From contig OX597817.1 of NCBI GenBank assembly GCA_951406725.2, positions 143,654,001 to 143,718,000 on the forward strand: a stretch of DNA of 64,000 bases. Direction: 5' to 3'. The notes beneath the pieces were generated by a model. It saw nothing but the letters and a program-made list of their open reading frames with translations. It was not told the origin of the DNA and ran no database searches. Below, piece after piece: positions 40,060 through 53,018 of the stretch; position 1 is the first letter of the stretch; every line of letters begins with the position of its first letter. The stretch comes from Octopus vulgaris (taxonomy: Eukaryota). Position numbers and translations under genes: made by a program.

Positions 40060-40410
40060 TTGGAGTTTAAAAGGGGCTACACAACACATACACTTCGAAT
40101 TAGTCACCTTGCGCAGCAATACACCGCTCCCAGCGTTCCAGCTACTTTTGGAATGTGTCCTGGAAGTTGTTTTTCGCAAGCGAGTCGAGGACATCCTGCA
40201 ATTTGCTCTTGATCTCGACAACGGTTGTTAAAATGATGACCTTTGAGCTGTCTTTTCATCTTAAGGAAAAAGATGGAAGTCCGCAAGTGCCAAATCTTGC
40301 AAACAGAGTGGATGTGGAAGCGATACTATGTTGTTCTTGGTGGGAAACTCACGAGTGAGGAGACCTCGGTGAAGGTATTTTGTCGTCGTGAAGAATCTAA
40401 TTCTTCACGC
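40060..40410 (-). mobile_element. Mariner relic (transposase C-terminus)
   Basis: Degenerate DLAxADFHLF.KMKRQLKGHHF segment and a WxRCIAAQGDYFE-like end. Confidence 0.65.
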
Positions 40411-40818
40411 TCCACAGATCCGTAATGTCTTGCCCTAGTGGGAGGAATGTTGATTTGATGGAGGGAATGAGCTAACGCGCAGCAGGAAAATTTAATCGAT
40501 ATAAACAAATTATTTGTGCAGGTCACTAAGCAAGAAATTGCAGAACCGTGCCTTTCTCGGACTCAAGAGATTATCATTACACACAAACACACACAGACAT
40601 ACACATGTATGTATGTATGTATGTATGTATGTATGTATGTATGTATGTATGTATGTATGTATGTATGTATGTATTGAGCGCATTTCTGGCAAGTAATACG
40701 TACATATATTAATTGCTTGTTTTATAAAAATCATCGATCGCATTGTTTACATAGAGGTATTCGTATACGAAACGTTGTAACTACACACACGCAGACACAC
40801 GCACACACACACACACAA

Positions 40819-40886
<68 letters not shown>

Positions 40887-41047
40887 GAAGAAGCGATTGT
40901 GTAACATGCTAGACGTAAGCAAGAGCAGGCAAAATGGTTGTAACCAAATACCAAGCGCATACAGCAGGTTCTGTTCCCGCAGTTATCACATTTTACCTCT
41001 AAACTATATTCAAGGTTTTGGCCAAAATATCTATAATGTTAACTCAC

Positions 41048-41131
41048 CTGTTACCGCTGTCAGCGAGGACGAGATTCCTTGTAACACTCGAGTAACTATC
41101 AGCATCCAGTAAGTTTTACTGTAGGGAAAAG
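41048..41131 (-). CDS. SLC18A-like exon, TM4 (AFPYSKTYWMLIVTRVLQGISSSLTAVT)
   Basis: MFS motif B RxLQG. 84 nt, cag/gtgagt sites. Confidence 0.93.
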
Positions 41132-42156
41132 CTGGCGAGAGAAAAATCACAAGGAATTTTCAAATATCAAATTGGTGTCACGACAGATTTATAAGGAATG
41201 GCTATGTTAAAAAGGAGCGGAGAAAATGTGTCTATTTTAACAGAGACAATGCTAAGGTAATTGATTACTTGCTACGATGGTTGAAACGCCTTAGTAGAAT
41301 GGTTTTTGGATCAATGAAGAAAACAGAATGAAGGAAACAGATGAATGAAACATCAGGAAAGAAGAAAAGTTGAAAAATATTTAGAGGTCGGAATATAACT
41401 GAAATAAGTTTAGGGTTGGTATTGTCTATCCACCTATCCATTTTTATGGTCCCAAAAGGGCACAAAAGTGATGTCAAATAAGTCAGCATCGAATCTACGA
41501 TGCCAAATAGACGGAGCCAAAACAGCTGTGTCAAACCGTCTCAGACCGTACAATAGAGCCTATATTTTCGTACCAAACTCCTTCTCCCCAAGTTCTAACT
41601 ACGAGTGTAATGTTACACTGCTGCTGATGGATATGGTGGTGCTGGTGTTGGCTGTGATGGTTGTAATTGTTGTTGACAAACACCAAGCAAGACTGCGTGA
41701 ATCAGCCAAGCTTTACCTGCTAGAAATAGCAATCCAAATGCTTTTAAATCAGAACCCAATGCTAGATGTTCAAGAACCAAATGAAGAGCAGATTTTCAAT
41801 CCCGGGATCATCCTGATTCCAAAAAGGGTATAATATGTCTATGTTGAGCAAATAAGATACAGGGTTCCCAGACGGACAGACAGAATTTCGTTTTTATTAA
41901 TATAGATTTCAAAGTCTTTGATCAGATGCTTAACATTAATCTTACGTAACACATCTGATTCTATACTTGGTAGATATAAGGCATCCGAATATTATCCCAA
42001 GTTTAAAGGGATTTCTTTTGTGCCGTAAACTATTTACCGTTTCTCTGATGCCCAATATTCCCTTGATTCTCTAAGCACGTGCGTATTTTGCTTAATATTT
42101 AATCCAGAGCTGCCTATTTGGGTACGAAATAGGGTGATTAGAAAGTATAAACATAC

Positions 42157-42215
42157 CTAATGTGGAGAGGAGAAGGACCAAGCTACCAAACAACATCGGC
42201 TTCCGATAACCAAAT
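42157..42215 (-). CDS. SLC18A-like exon, TM3 (RFGYRKPMLFGSLVLLLSTL)
   Basis: Like VMAT RIGYPIPIFAG. 59 nt, cag/gtatgt sites, phases 2/1. Confidence 0.92.
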
Positions 42216-43245
42216 CTGAAAACAAGAAAAATGGTGCAGTTGAAAAACAGCAGAAATGATATGTTCTTTTCTACTCTAGGCACAAGGCCCGAAATATTTG
42301 GGGAGTGGGGTAGTCGATTAGATCGACCCCAGTACGAAATTGACTTAATTTATAGACCCCGAAATGAAGAAAGGCAAAGTCGACCCCGGTGGCATTTGAA
42401 CTCAGAACATAAAGACAGACGAAATACTGCTAAGCATTTCACTCGGCGTGCTAACGTTTCTTATTTCTTTATTGCCCATATGGGGCTAAACATAGAGGTT
42501 ACAAACAAGGACAGACAACGGGATTAAGTCGATTATATCGACCCCAGTGCGTAACATGGTACTTAATTTATCAACCCCGAAAGGATGAAAGGCAAAATCG
42601 ACCTCGGCGGAATTTGAACACAGAATGTAGCAGCAGACGAAATACATATTTCTTTACCACCCACAACGGGCTAAAGACAGAGAGGACAAACAAGGACAGA
42701 CAAACAGATTAAGTCGATTACATCGATCCCAGTGCGTAACTGGTACTTATTTAACCGACCCGACCCCGAAAGGATGAAAGGCAAAGTTGACCTCGGCGGA
42801 ATTTGAACTCAGAACGTAGCGGCAGACGAAATACTGCTAAGCATTTCGCCCGGTGTGCTAACAATATGAATTAGGCGGCGAGCTGGCAGAATCATTAGCA
42901 CGCCGGGCGAATGCGTAACCGTATTTCGTCTGTCTTGACGTTCTGAGTTCAAATTCCGCCGAGATCGACTTTGCCTTGCATCCTTTCGGGGTCGATAAAT
43001 TAAGTACCAGTTACGCACTGGGGTCGATGTAATCGACTTAATCCCTTTGTCTGTCCTTGTTTGTCCCCCCTGTGTTTGGCCCCTTGTGGGTAATAAAGAA
43101 ACATATAAGTACAAATTCTTGCAGATCAATTATTTCCAGTCTGACAATCTCCTCTTAGTTGTGAAAAACAGACACTAAGTGAAAACATTTTTTTTCTCCG
43201 TGGTCAGAAAAAGGAGATCAGTTTGATAAGTTTCAGCGTTTCTAA

Positions 43246-43560
43246 TTGCTTTATCAGGAATCAGTAGCCGATTTTGTTTGGCCACATACAGTAAGGATGA
43301 CACTCCAATGTCTGGAGCAATTTGGATGGGAAAGGCTGCTCCACGCAGCATATTCGCCGGACATTGCCCCATCTGAGTATCATTTATTTCGCAGTCTTCA
43401 AAATCATTTGGACAGAAAAAATATGAATTCTGTAGACGAGGTCAGAACAGTACTGGAGGAGTAGTTTGAAAGAGGGGCCTTGTAAGTCTATTAGATAGAT
43501 GGAAGAGTATTTTAGAAAATGAAGGAGAGTATATTTTCGATTAAAAAAGAACTTTGTTTA
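43246..43560 (+). mobile_element. Mariner relic (transposase C-terminus)
   Basis: WERLLHAAYSPDIAPSEYHLFRSLQNHL motif. Confidence 0.8.
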
Positions 43561-43584
43561 TCTGAATTTTGAGATATATATATA

Positions 43585-43638
<54 letters not shown>

Positions 43639-43646
43639 CGCTCTCA

Positions 43647-43728
<82 letters not shown>

Positions 43729-43743
43729 ATATATATATGTATG

Positions 43744-43776
<33 letters not shown>

Positions 43777-44155
43777 GTATGTGTGTTTGTGTGTGTATAT
43801 ATTTGTACCTTTGTGCTTGTCTTCCCGCCCCCATCACTTGACAACCGGTATTAGTTTGTTGATGACTCATAACCTGGCGGTTCGGCAAAAGAGACCGACA
43901 GAATAGTACCAGAGTTAATAAAAATAAGTACTAGAGTCGATTCGTTCGACTAAAACCCCTTCAAGCGGGTGCCCCAACATGGCCACAGTCTAATGAGAGA
44001 GAGAGAGAGAGAGAGGTTGGGGAAGAGGTGGGGGTAGAAAGAAGGACAAAGCAAGAGAACAGTAAGATCAAGAGGGAAATGGAAAAGAAGAGATTCATGA
44101 GATCAGTTTGGAATTAAAAAAAAAAGGACAAAAAGCTCCTGGCAAAAGCATTTAC

Positions 44156-44363
44156 CTTGTTACAATATAACCGACGAATGGATTACATACAAACTGTGCA
44201 ATGCCCTTGGCTGCAATCAGGTAACCATAGCGACCTTGGTTATTTATGTCTTTATTCACGTCCCTGTCTTGTGACAACGATAAAGTGTCGTTCGGATTAT
44301 TGGAATCGTTTTCCGATTGCTGGGGATGTTCCAAATCGTAAAGCATTTCCGGTAAGATCGGAT
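44156..44363 (-). CDS. SLC18A-like exon, lumenal loop + TM2
   Basis: DPILPEMLY...[24 protein letters not shown], like VMAT [24 protein letters not shown]. N-glycosylation sequons NDS and NDT. Phases 1/2. Confidence 0.93.
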
Positions 44364-44435
44364 CTGAAAATACAGGAAAATAAAAACATAACTTTATATA
44401 TATATATATATATGTACATACATACATACATACAT

Positions 44436-44503
<68 letters not shown>

Positions 44504-44815
44504 CATACATACATTTATTTATATTAAGGGCATTACTATACATAAATGCGTCACGCTAGGAGGGACTCTTAAAGTAAAACTACCATAATAAATACATTTT
44601 GTAGCGAACGCGAGGGAATGCAACTTTCGAAGCGAGTATTTTTAAATCAGAATTCAGCTGCAAATCATATGATTTCATAATTAGTGCACAAAATGCACAT
44701 ATTAATCGTCAGTTCATGCATAATCAAGACACATAAAAATGAACAAAAAAATCAACATACCAGACGAACACCAAATGTATCCAGCATAATACATAGAATT
44801 GTTCATACTTATATA

Positions 44816-46107
44816 CGAGGGGCGTTCAATAAGTAATGCCCCTGACCCACTTGCACTTGTTTGATCTAGCTGAAATTTTGCATGTGCAATTATTCATATC
44901 TCTATAGATGAAGTGGCAAATTACAGCTCTGAACTAATTGTGGTTTCTGATTTACAGGTGTTTGAACTGAGTCAAGTGTGAAATGGAGCCTGTTGAGTGT
45001 CGAGCAGTGATCCGGTTTTTGTATTTGAAAGGACGCACATCACGGGAGACTTTTGATGAAATGAAAGTAACTTATGGTGATGATGCCCCATCATATGACT
45101 TTGTAAAACGCTGGCATCGTGAATTCAAACATGGTCGGAACTCTGTAGAAACAGCTCCCAGATCTGGTCGCCCCGCTTCTGCCATTGATGAGGCATCTGT
45201 CCATCAAGTTGAGGCTGCCATTTTGAAAGATCGACGCATAACTATTCGCCAAATAGCCCATGAGGTCAAGATTAGTACCGGGTCTGTGGAAACTATCATT
45301 CATGACCATTTGCATATGCAAAAGGTGTCTGCCAGATGGATTCCCAGGTTGCTCACACCTTTCCAGAAGCAAGAACGCGTCGAGTGCTCGAGGATGAATT
45401 TGGAGATGTACCAAGAAGATGAGTCAAAATGTTTCAAAAGACTGACTACACAGGATGAAACCTGAGTCCATCACTATGATCCAGAGACCAAAGCCCAGTC
45501 AATGCAGTGGAAGCACCGTGACTCACCTCCTCCAAAGAAGGCAAGAGTGCAGCCCTCCGCTGGCAAGGTCATGCTCACAGTCTTCTGGGACCAGGACGGA
45601 GTAGTGGTGACAGATTTCCTGGCAAAGGGTACCACAATTACAGGAGCTTATTATGCTTCACTTTTGAGGAAATTAAGGGAAGCTATCAAAATCAAGAGGC
45701 GGGGCAAGATCAGCAAAGGCATCCTCCTCCTGCAGGACAACGCTCCGGTCCACAACTCGCGTGTCGCCAGATCAGAAGCACAGGCGTGCGGCTATGAACT
45801 CCTCTCCCATCCCCCTACTTTCCTGACCTTGCACCCTCTGGTTTTCACCTCTTCCCAGCCATGAAGTTGTTTTTGAAAGGAAAGCATTTCCCAGATGATG
45901 CAGCCTTGATTTCTGAAGTCACGTCATGGTTGGAGGACCAAGCTGGGGTCTTCTACAAAAACGGTCTCCAGAGCTGTATCAAACGATGGGAGAAATGCGT
46001 AACTCTGGGTGGTTCCTATGTAGAAAAAGACTAATAACTGTGCCAAGTTTCGTTGCTCTACTGCTATGGGAAGTGGGTCAGGGGCATTACTTATTGAACG
46101 CCCCTCG
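44816..46107 (+). mobile_element. Full-length mariner transposon (irritans/Hsmar2-like), inactivated
   Basis: Perfect 37-bp TIRs (cgaggggcgttcaataagtaatgcccctgacccactt) at 44816-44852 and 46071-46107, TA on both sides, 1292 bp. Transposase at 44983-46034 has WIPRLL, QDET(W>stop at 45463), LQDNAPVH and HPPYxPDLAPS after a 1-bp frameshift. Confidence 0.95.
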
Positions 46108-46351
46108 TATCTATGTAAGAGGCGGGCTTTTCGAATTGCATCTCGGTACACGTGTTTATTCAGAATAAAATTCAGCACTGAATATATTCCGTTTAAATTT
46201 ACTAATTTACTAAAGAAATTTATTAATTATTTAATTATTTAAAGGGAATAATTAATACATTTTTCCCCGATGAGGTTTTTTTCACGCTAACTACTTGATA
46301 ATTTCTTATAAAGATTTTATCCTATTTTTAAATTATATATACATACAGATA

Positions 46352-47159
46352 TACAAGGTGCGATAGGTAAATTGTGACCATGCGCATTGTTTGTTTTTGA
46401 TTTTGTCGACCACAGTATAATAGAGTCATTTGGAAACCGTGAGAAAAAACAGCACCATGACGCAATTCACTCTGCCAGAAATTTGGAAACGAGATGTTGT
46501 ACTGTTTGGCATTTGTGCCGGAAGCTCCAATACGAAAATTTCAGTGTTTGGGTATCAATCTGAGGATAATGCAATCTGAGGACGTGTACCGAGAATGATA
46601 AAAATCAAACATCCAGTCAGCATCATGGTGTTTGGAGTGATCACTAGTGATGGCGACGTTATGCCTCCATTCGTCTTCCCACACGGCCTCAGATTCAACA
46701 CTGAGGCCTACATCAAATGTCTGGAGGAAGCAGTGTTGCTCTGGGTCAAGAGGGTGGCTGCTGGAAGACTCTATGTCTAACTCTATACCATACTATATAA
46801 TCAGGAGAACCCAGTCATGACTGTCAGGCAATTTCTGCTACCACATCACCCCTAACATCTGGCCACCTAACCCCCAGACTGCAACCCCCTTCGTTATTAT
46901 GTGTGGGGTGTAGTTGAATGAGAGACAAACGAAACCCCTTGTAAGACCAAAGATGAACTGAAGGCAAGGATTATGACAGCATTCAGAAGAGTTGCAGGAT
47001 TTTCCAAGTCACCTGGAGGCGGTGATTGAAGCCAATGGCGATTTTATTGAATGAATTTACTCTTTAGTATTTCAAGATATTTTTATGTAATTTTGATATC
47101 AGATGTCAGTGTTATTTTCATATTTGCGTAACTTAGACGACAGTTCATTCACCGCACCC

Positions 47160-47163
<4 letters not shown>
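46352..47163 (+). mobile_element. Internally deleted Tc1/mariner-superfamily element (maT/DD37D-like)
   Basis: KHPVSIMVFGVITSDGDVMPPFVF and WPPNPPDCNP..YVWG motifs. Degenerate TIRs (caaggtgcg.../...cgcacccgg) flanked by TA. Confidence 0.75.
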
Positions 47164-47208
<45 letters not shown>

Positions 47209-47623
47209 AAAAAAGAAGTTTGAAAACGCCAATATATTAGATTAATTTTAATTTTCTTATGAATTTTACATGTTTCGAGATATATATATATATATTCTGT
47301 TGTGTCTGGGGAGAGTCATTTTCTTTTTGTGCCTCATAATGTAACACACTCACCGGTAAAATTTCCACTTTTTTCTTATTTTTATTTTCTTAAAGTTTTC
47401 GTTGCGTCTTGCAACATTTTCAATACACACACACACACACACACACACACTTCCTCTCGGTTACAATACAATCTCACCTGAACACTATCCTCCCACATTC
47501 CTACTATCCCACGCCACTGCACTCTCATACTTGCACACGCACCCAATTCTACACCCCCACACGTACACACTTCACCATATGCTCAATTCTACTCACAGAT
47601 ACTTCCCTATACATGCACACACG

Positions 47624-47683
<60 letters not shown>

Positions 47684-48166
47684 TAGCCTGCAAGAAGCTA
47701 AGCATTCGATAGGCACGCGCACCCTTAATGAAATTCTCAGGCAGAAACACCCTGATAAAGTATATGACAAGGCTGTACATTTGAATGACAGGCACAATTC
47801 ATCCGATTCAGTACAGTTTCTTTTAACTTAATTTCATTCCCAAATATGATTTTAAAAATATAGAATACAAAAAAATGCCAGGCATTGATCGAACCTCAGA
47901 CCTAATGTTTGCGAAACAACTTTCTTTACCATACAGTCGTGCTACGCCAACACAGTAGTTATGTACACAAAGAGAAATCACACACACACATACACACACA
48001 CACACAAACAAACATACACACACACACATATTTATATATACACATACATACATACGTACGTACATATATATACATATATATATATTTACACATACATACA
48101 TACATACATACATGCATACATACATATATACATCTATGTTAGTACATATATATATATATATATATC

Positions 48167-48220
<54 letters not shown>

Positions 48221-48415
48221 CATACGTGCGTACATACGTACAATACAATTCATGCTACGCCCACACAGTAGTTATATACACAAAGAGAAATTACACTTAC
48301 AGACACACACACACACACATATATATATACACATATATACGTACGTACATACATAAACATATATATATATTACACATACATACATACATACATACATCTA
48401 TATTAGTGTGTGTAT

Positions 48416-48480
<65 letters not shown>

Positions 48481-49149
48481 CACACATATACACACATAAT
48501 TTCTTGTTATTGTATTTAGAGCTGTTGAAACTGCTACAGAATATGGAATAATCTCGAAAGATATTTGTTTACAATAACGCATTATTCTCAGTCAATGGCG
48601 TCCATTGTTTTGGTTCTGTGTTAAACAAAAGAAAGTTGTGTTGAGTTTCCATAACTTTATTGTCAAACACTTGTCACTGCCTCACATGAGTTATTCGTTA
48701 AATGAATTTATTTAATCGATTAAACAAAACTAGTGTAGGATTCTCAGATTTAAATGTTTTAAAAATCAAATTCAAAGGATTACATTTAAAAAGAGAAACC
48801 GAGACAAGACATTTATATCGGTTATTTTGTAATGATTCGTTTATATTTTAGTACATTCCACCTCAAGGAATTATCTAATTTTTTTTAATTTTTATTTTTA
48901 ATCAATAAAACTTTAATTAGAATTAAAAGAAATTCTCAAGTGTCTATCGTGAATCTTGAAGTATTTTGCCTTCTACACAGCTTCGTATCTTGTTTTCGGT
49001 ATCACTTAAACTCACAGTCACTACACATATATCAGAAAACAAACTCGTGTCGCTACTCCTTCTTTACTCGTGAATAATACGGTTAACTTTCATAAACTTG
49101 TTACAAATACTAATTTTTCCCCACTATTTCACGATCTTCCATGACGACC

Positions 49150-49408
49150 ACACACACACAAAAACACACTCACACAAATACACACAAACACTCACTCACA
49201 CACAAACACACACAAACACACACTCACACACACACAAACACACACACTCACACACACAAACACTCACACACACACTCACACACGCACACTCACACACAAA
49301 CACTCACACACACACATACACACACACAAACACACAAACACACACACACAAACACACACACAAACACTCACACTCAAACACACACACACAAACACTCACA
49401 CACACACA

Positions 49409-49462
<54 letters not shown>

Positions 49463-49646
49463 CTCACACACACACTCTCTCACACACACACTTACACACA
49501 CACAAACACTCACACTCACACACACACTCACACACACACAAAAACACACACAAAAACACACTCACACAAACACACACACACAAACACTCACACACAAACA
49601 CACACACACAAACACTCACACACACACACACACACTCACACACACA

Positions 49647-49699
<53 letters not shown>

Positions 49700-49767
49700 T
49701 CTCTCTCTCACACACACACACAAACACTCACACACACACATACACACACACAAACACACACACACAA

Positions 49768-49798
<31 letters not shown>

Positions 49799-49808
49799 GA
49801 CACACACA

Positions 49809-49869
<61 letters not shown>

Positions 49870-49872
49870 ACA
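49150..49872. repeat. Degenerate (CA)n mega-tract with CAAA/CTCA interruptions
   Basis: ~720 bp composed almost entirely of C and A. Confidence 0.95.
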
Positions 49873-51900
49873 CGTGTACAATATCGGAAAAATTGCACAA
49901 ATACTAGGCTTTATATTTTAGAGTTAGAACATACAATAGTCTTTGGTAAGTTGATTACACTGGCTGAACAAACCGCTAGGAGAATCTTGAAGTCGCAATG
50001 AACATTATTTTTCACAATAATTCTGACTCCTCTCTCAGTAAAGAGTAACACCATCAATAAATGATAAGTTTTTAATCTTGAAAGTGCTTTAAAGTTACCT
50101 CATTTTAACATTTCAGTTGATGATACTCTACTAAGCACAAATATAATTTTTATCCAGAAGACTGCTCATACGTCTGGAACAGCTGCTACTACATATACCA
50201 AAATTACAGACCACAAAATACAACTACCAATAGAGTAAAATACATCTAACTGGGGCAGAGATGCTTGTATATATATAAACACCTTCGACAACACCCAAAG
50301 ACTCGTGTTGGCGAGCTGGCAGAAACGTTAGTACGCCGGGCGAAATGCGTAGCCGTTATTCGTCTGCCATTACATTCTGAGTTCAAATTCCGCCGAGGTC
50401 GACTTTGCCTTTCATCCTTTTTGGGTCAATAAATAAAGTACCAGCTACTCACTGGGGTCGATGTAATCGACTTAATCCCTTTGTGTGTCCTTGTTTGTCC
50501 CTTCTATGTTTAACCCCTTGTGAGTAGTAAAGAAATATTTTTATATTGTCTTCGTTCACTCATACATAAATCTCTTCGTTCTCTGGAACATAGGCCATCG
50601 GCAATTTTTCTCTGCTGTTCTAGACTCTGGGCTATCTTAGGGCCACTCATTCAGTATGGATGGTTGGGAAGGGTAACCCTTATCTTGTGGGAAGATCTTT
50701 TTCTCCCAGATATTGTTGATTTTATATCGTAATTGATGCTTCTCTAACTTCGTATTTTTCTAGGTAGGGTGGTTGGCCTTACACAGGTTTATTTTTATCT
50801 TTGGGGAGAGGTGATCCATACTCGTCTCACCGCCATCATTTGACCTGTCCAGCATGTGAGACCCTACCAGGATCTTCAACTCTGCTGGCCTACGTCTCAA
50901 GGTCACTGAGGCACACAAGTCACTACATCGCAACATGTCTTTGTAAATTGATTGTCTTGTACAAATGAACGCCCATGCCCATTGGAATATGAAAATCTTA
51001 CGTTCTTTTACGTTTATGATCAAGCTGGTGGTTTGGATCTTCCACATTGTGACTCTGTGTTTTTTCAACCACCACTTAGTTCTGTGTCTGCAAGTGTTTC
51101 AGAGAGAATGAAGAAAGCTCATAAGCCATTATATTTTCGTTCGTGAGCTGATGTTCCTATTAAAGATGTATCATAGAGATAATTAAAAAGCTTTATTGGT
51201 TTTCTTGTCCTCGTAAAACTGGTTTTCAAATTGGCTCTTGTAAAACAGTCGTAGCAAGAATCCAGCTGAGATTCAAGCCGTAGTTCTTAAATTTTCCCAG
51301 TCCAGAATCGCGACCTAATATATTTCCATAAAAGGGAAAGAGTTACCAAAAAAAAAAAAAAAAAAGAAGATATTAACGCCTACACGAATGTGGTTTGACC
51401 AATCAGCAACAAGCTGACCTATTTTTGAATGAGGTGACAACATCAGGAGAATATGCAAGTTTTCACGCCATACAAATTATAGAACAGCGATTCACCACCG
51501 CAGCTCTCAGGGCCGCATGTGGCCCTCAAGCATCCTTACGGCAGCCCTCTATGGTCTTCCTTCCATAGATATAATATATATTTTTTAATTGACTTGTGTT
51601 TTACTTTTTTGATGCAGCCCCCAGGTTTGGGATTTAGCCAGGATATAAAAACGGTTGAGAACCGCTGTTCTAGAACCTTCTGAGCAAGCAGTCATTTAAA
51701 GGGGAGCTCATTCAACTTAGAGCTCTTTTAAAACTTGTACAGGTCGGTCGTTTTCTCCCATGTGGTAGTCTCTCATCTCTTTCATCTTGCTCTCCTGTTC
51801 GCAGGCCTTAATTAGTAATGTCAATCAACGATTGTTCGTTTATGCAGGGATTCCCATGCTCTGAACCACTATCATGATATTCATTTATTGGATGTAAATA

Positions 51901-52132
51901 GGACGGTGAGCTGGCAGAAACGTTAGCACGCCGGGCGAAATGCGTAGCCGTATTTCGTCTGCCGCTACGTTCTGCGTTCAAATTCCGCCGAGGTCGACTT
52001 TGCCTTTCATCCTTTCGGGGTCGATAAATTAAGCACCAGTTACGCACTGGGGTCAGTATAATCGACTTAATCCATTTGTCTGTCCTTGTTTGTCTCTTCT
52101 GTGTTTAGCCCCTTGTGGGTAGTAAAGAAATA
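51901..52132 (+). mobile_element. SINE family B (Meta-domain-like); other copies ~395-600 -, 5190-5310 +, 11655-11800 -, 28617-28850 +, 30500-30700 -, 37787-37935 +, 42270-42862 - (three copies), 42873-43100 +, 50310-50535 +, 57625-57740 +
   Basis: Head ggcggcgagctggcagaa...gagttcaaattcc, then ggtcgactttgcctttcatcctttcggggtcgataaattaagtaccag, resembling the MetaSINE central domain. Confidence 0.8.
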
Positions 52133-52529
52133 GATATTCATTTATTGGATGTAAACTGAACGGGGCGAGTGAATAAAATATTTGTCGTCTCAGACAAATC
52201 TTAAAATGGTTATTTTTAAAATGCACGACTTACTTGAGATCGAGAACAGCTGGACAAGAGAGGACAGAAAACTGCACGAAACAGAAGCGCTTCTGATTTG
52301 TACCAATTTACTCTATTACTCTTATTTGACTGTGGCCATGCTGGATCACCGCCTTTTAGTCGAGCAAATCGAGGACCTATTCCCTGTAAGCCCAGCACCT
52401 ACTCCATCGGTCTCCCCTGCCGAACCGCCAAGTTACGGGGACGCAAACACACCAGCATCGGTTGTCAAGCGATGTTGGGGGAGGGGGCAAACACAAATAC
52501 AGACACACAAACATACACACGCACGCGCG

Positions 52530-52573
<44 letters not shown>

Positions 52574-53018
52574 TATATACGACAGGCTTCTTTCCGTTTC
52601 CGTCCACCAAATCCACTCACAAGGCCCTGGTCGGCCCTCGGCTATAGTAGAAGACACTTGCCTAAGGTGCCACGAAGTGGGACAGAACCCGGAACCATGT
52701 GGTTGGTAAGCAAGCCACTTACCACACAGCCACTCCTACAAATCAGAAGCGCTTCTGTTTCGTGCAGTTTTCTGTCCTCTCTTGTCTTCTCTATATACAA
52801 TTTACAGAGAAGACAAATACACGGGAAATAATTCGTTCATTTCCCGTATGAAATGAAATTGGAGCAAGATATGAAAATTGAGAAAATTGATTATATTAAA
52901 TACAGTCCTTAGAAGAAAACGGTGCAAGGGCCTGATGCAGAGGTCAAACAACAAGACGAGGAAATAAAATTAAGGTGATAAATGACCAGAGCAATTATAC
53001 AAATTTATTTATAGATCA

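Noticed and set aside
49098-50001. Long His/Thr-rich ORFs (269 and 286 aa)
   Set aside because: These are translations of the CA tract, with no domain content.
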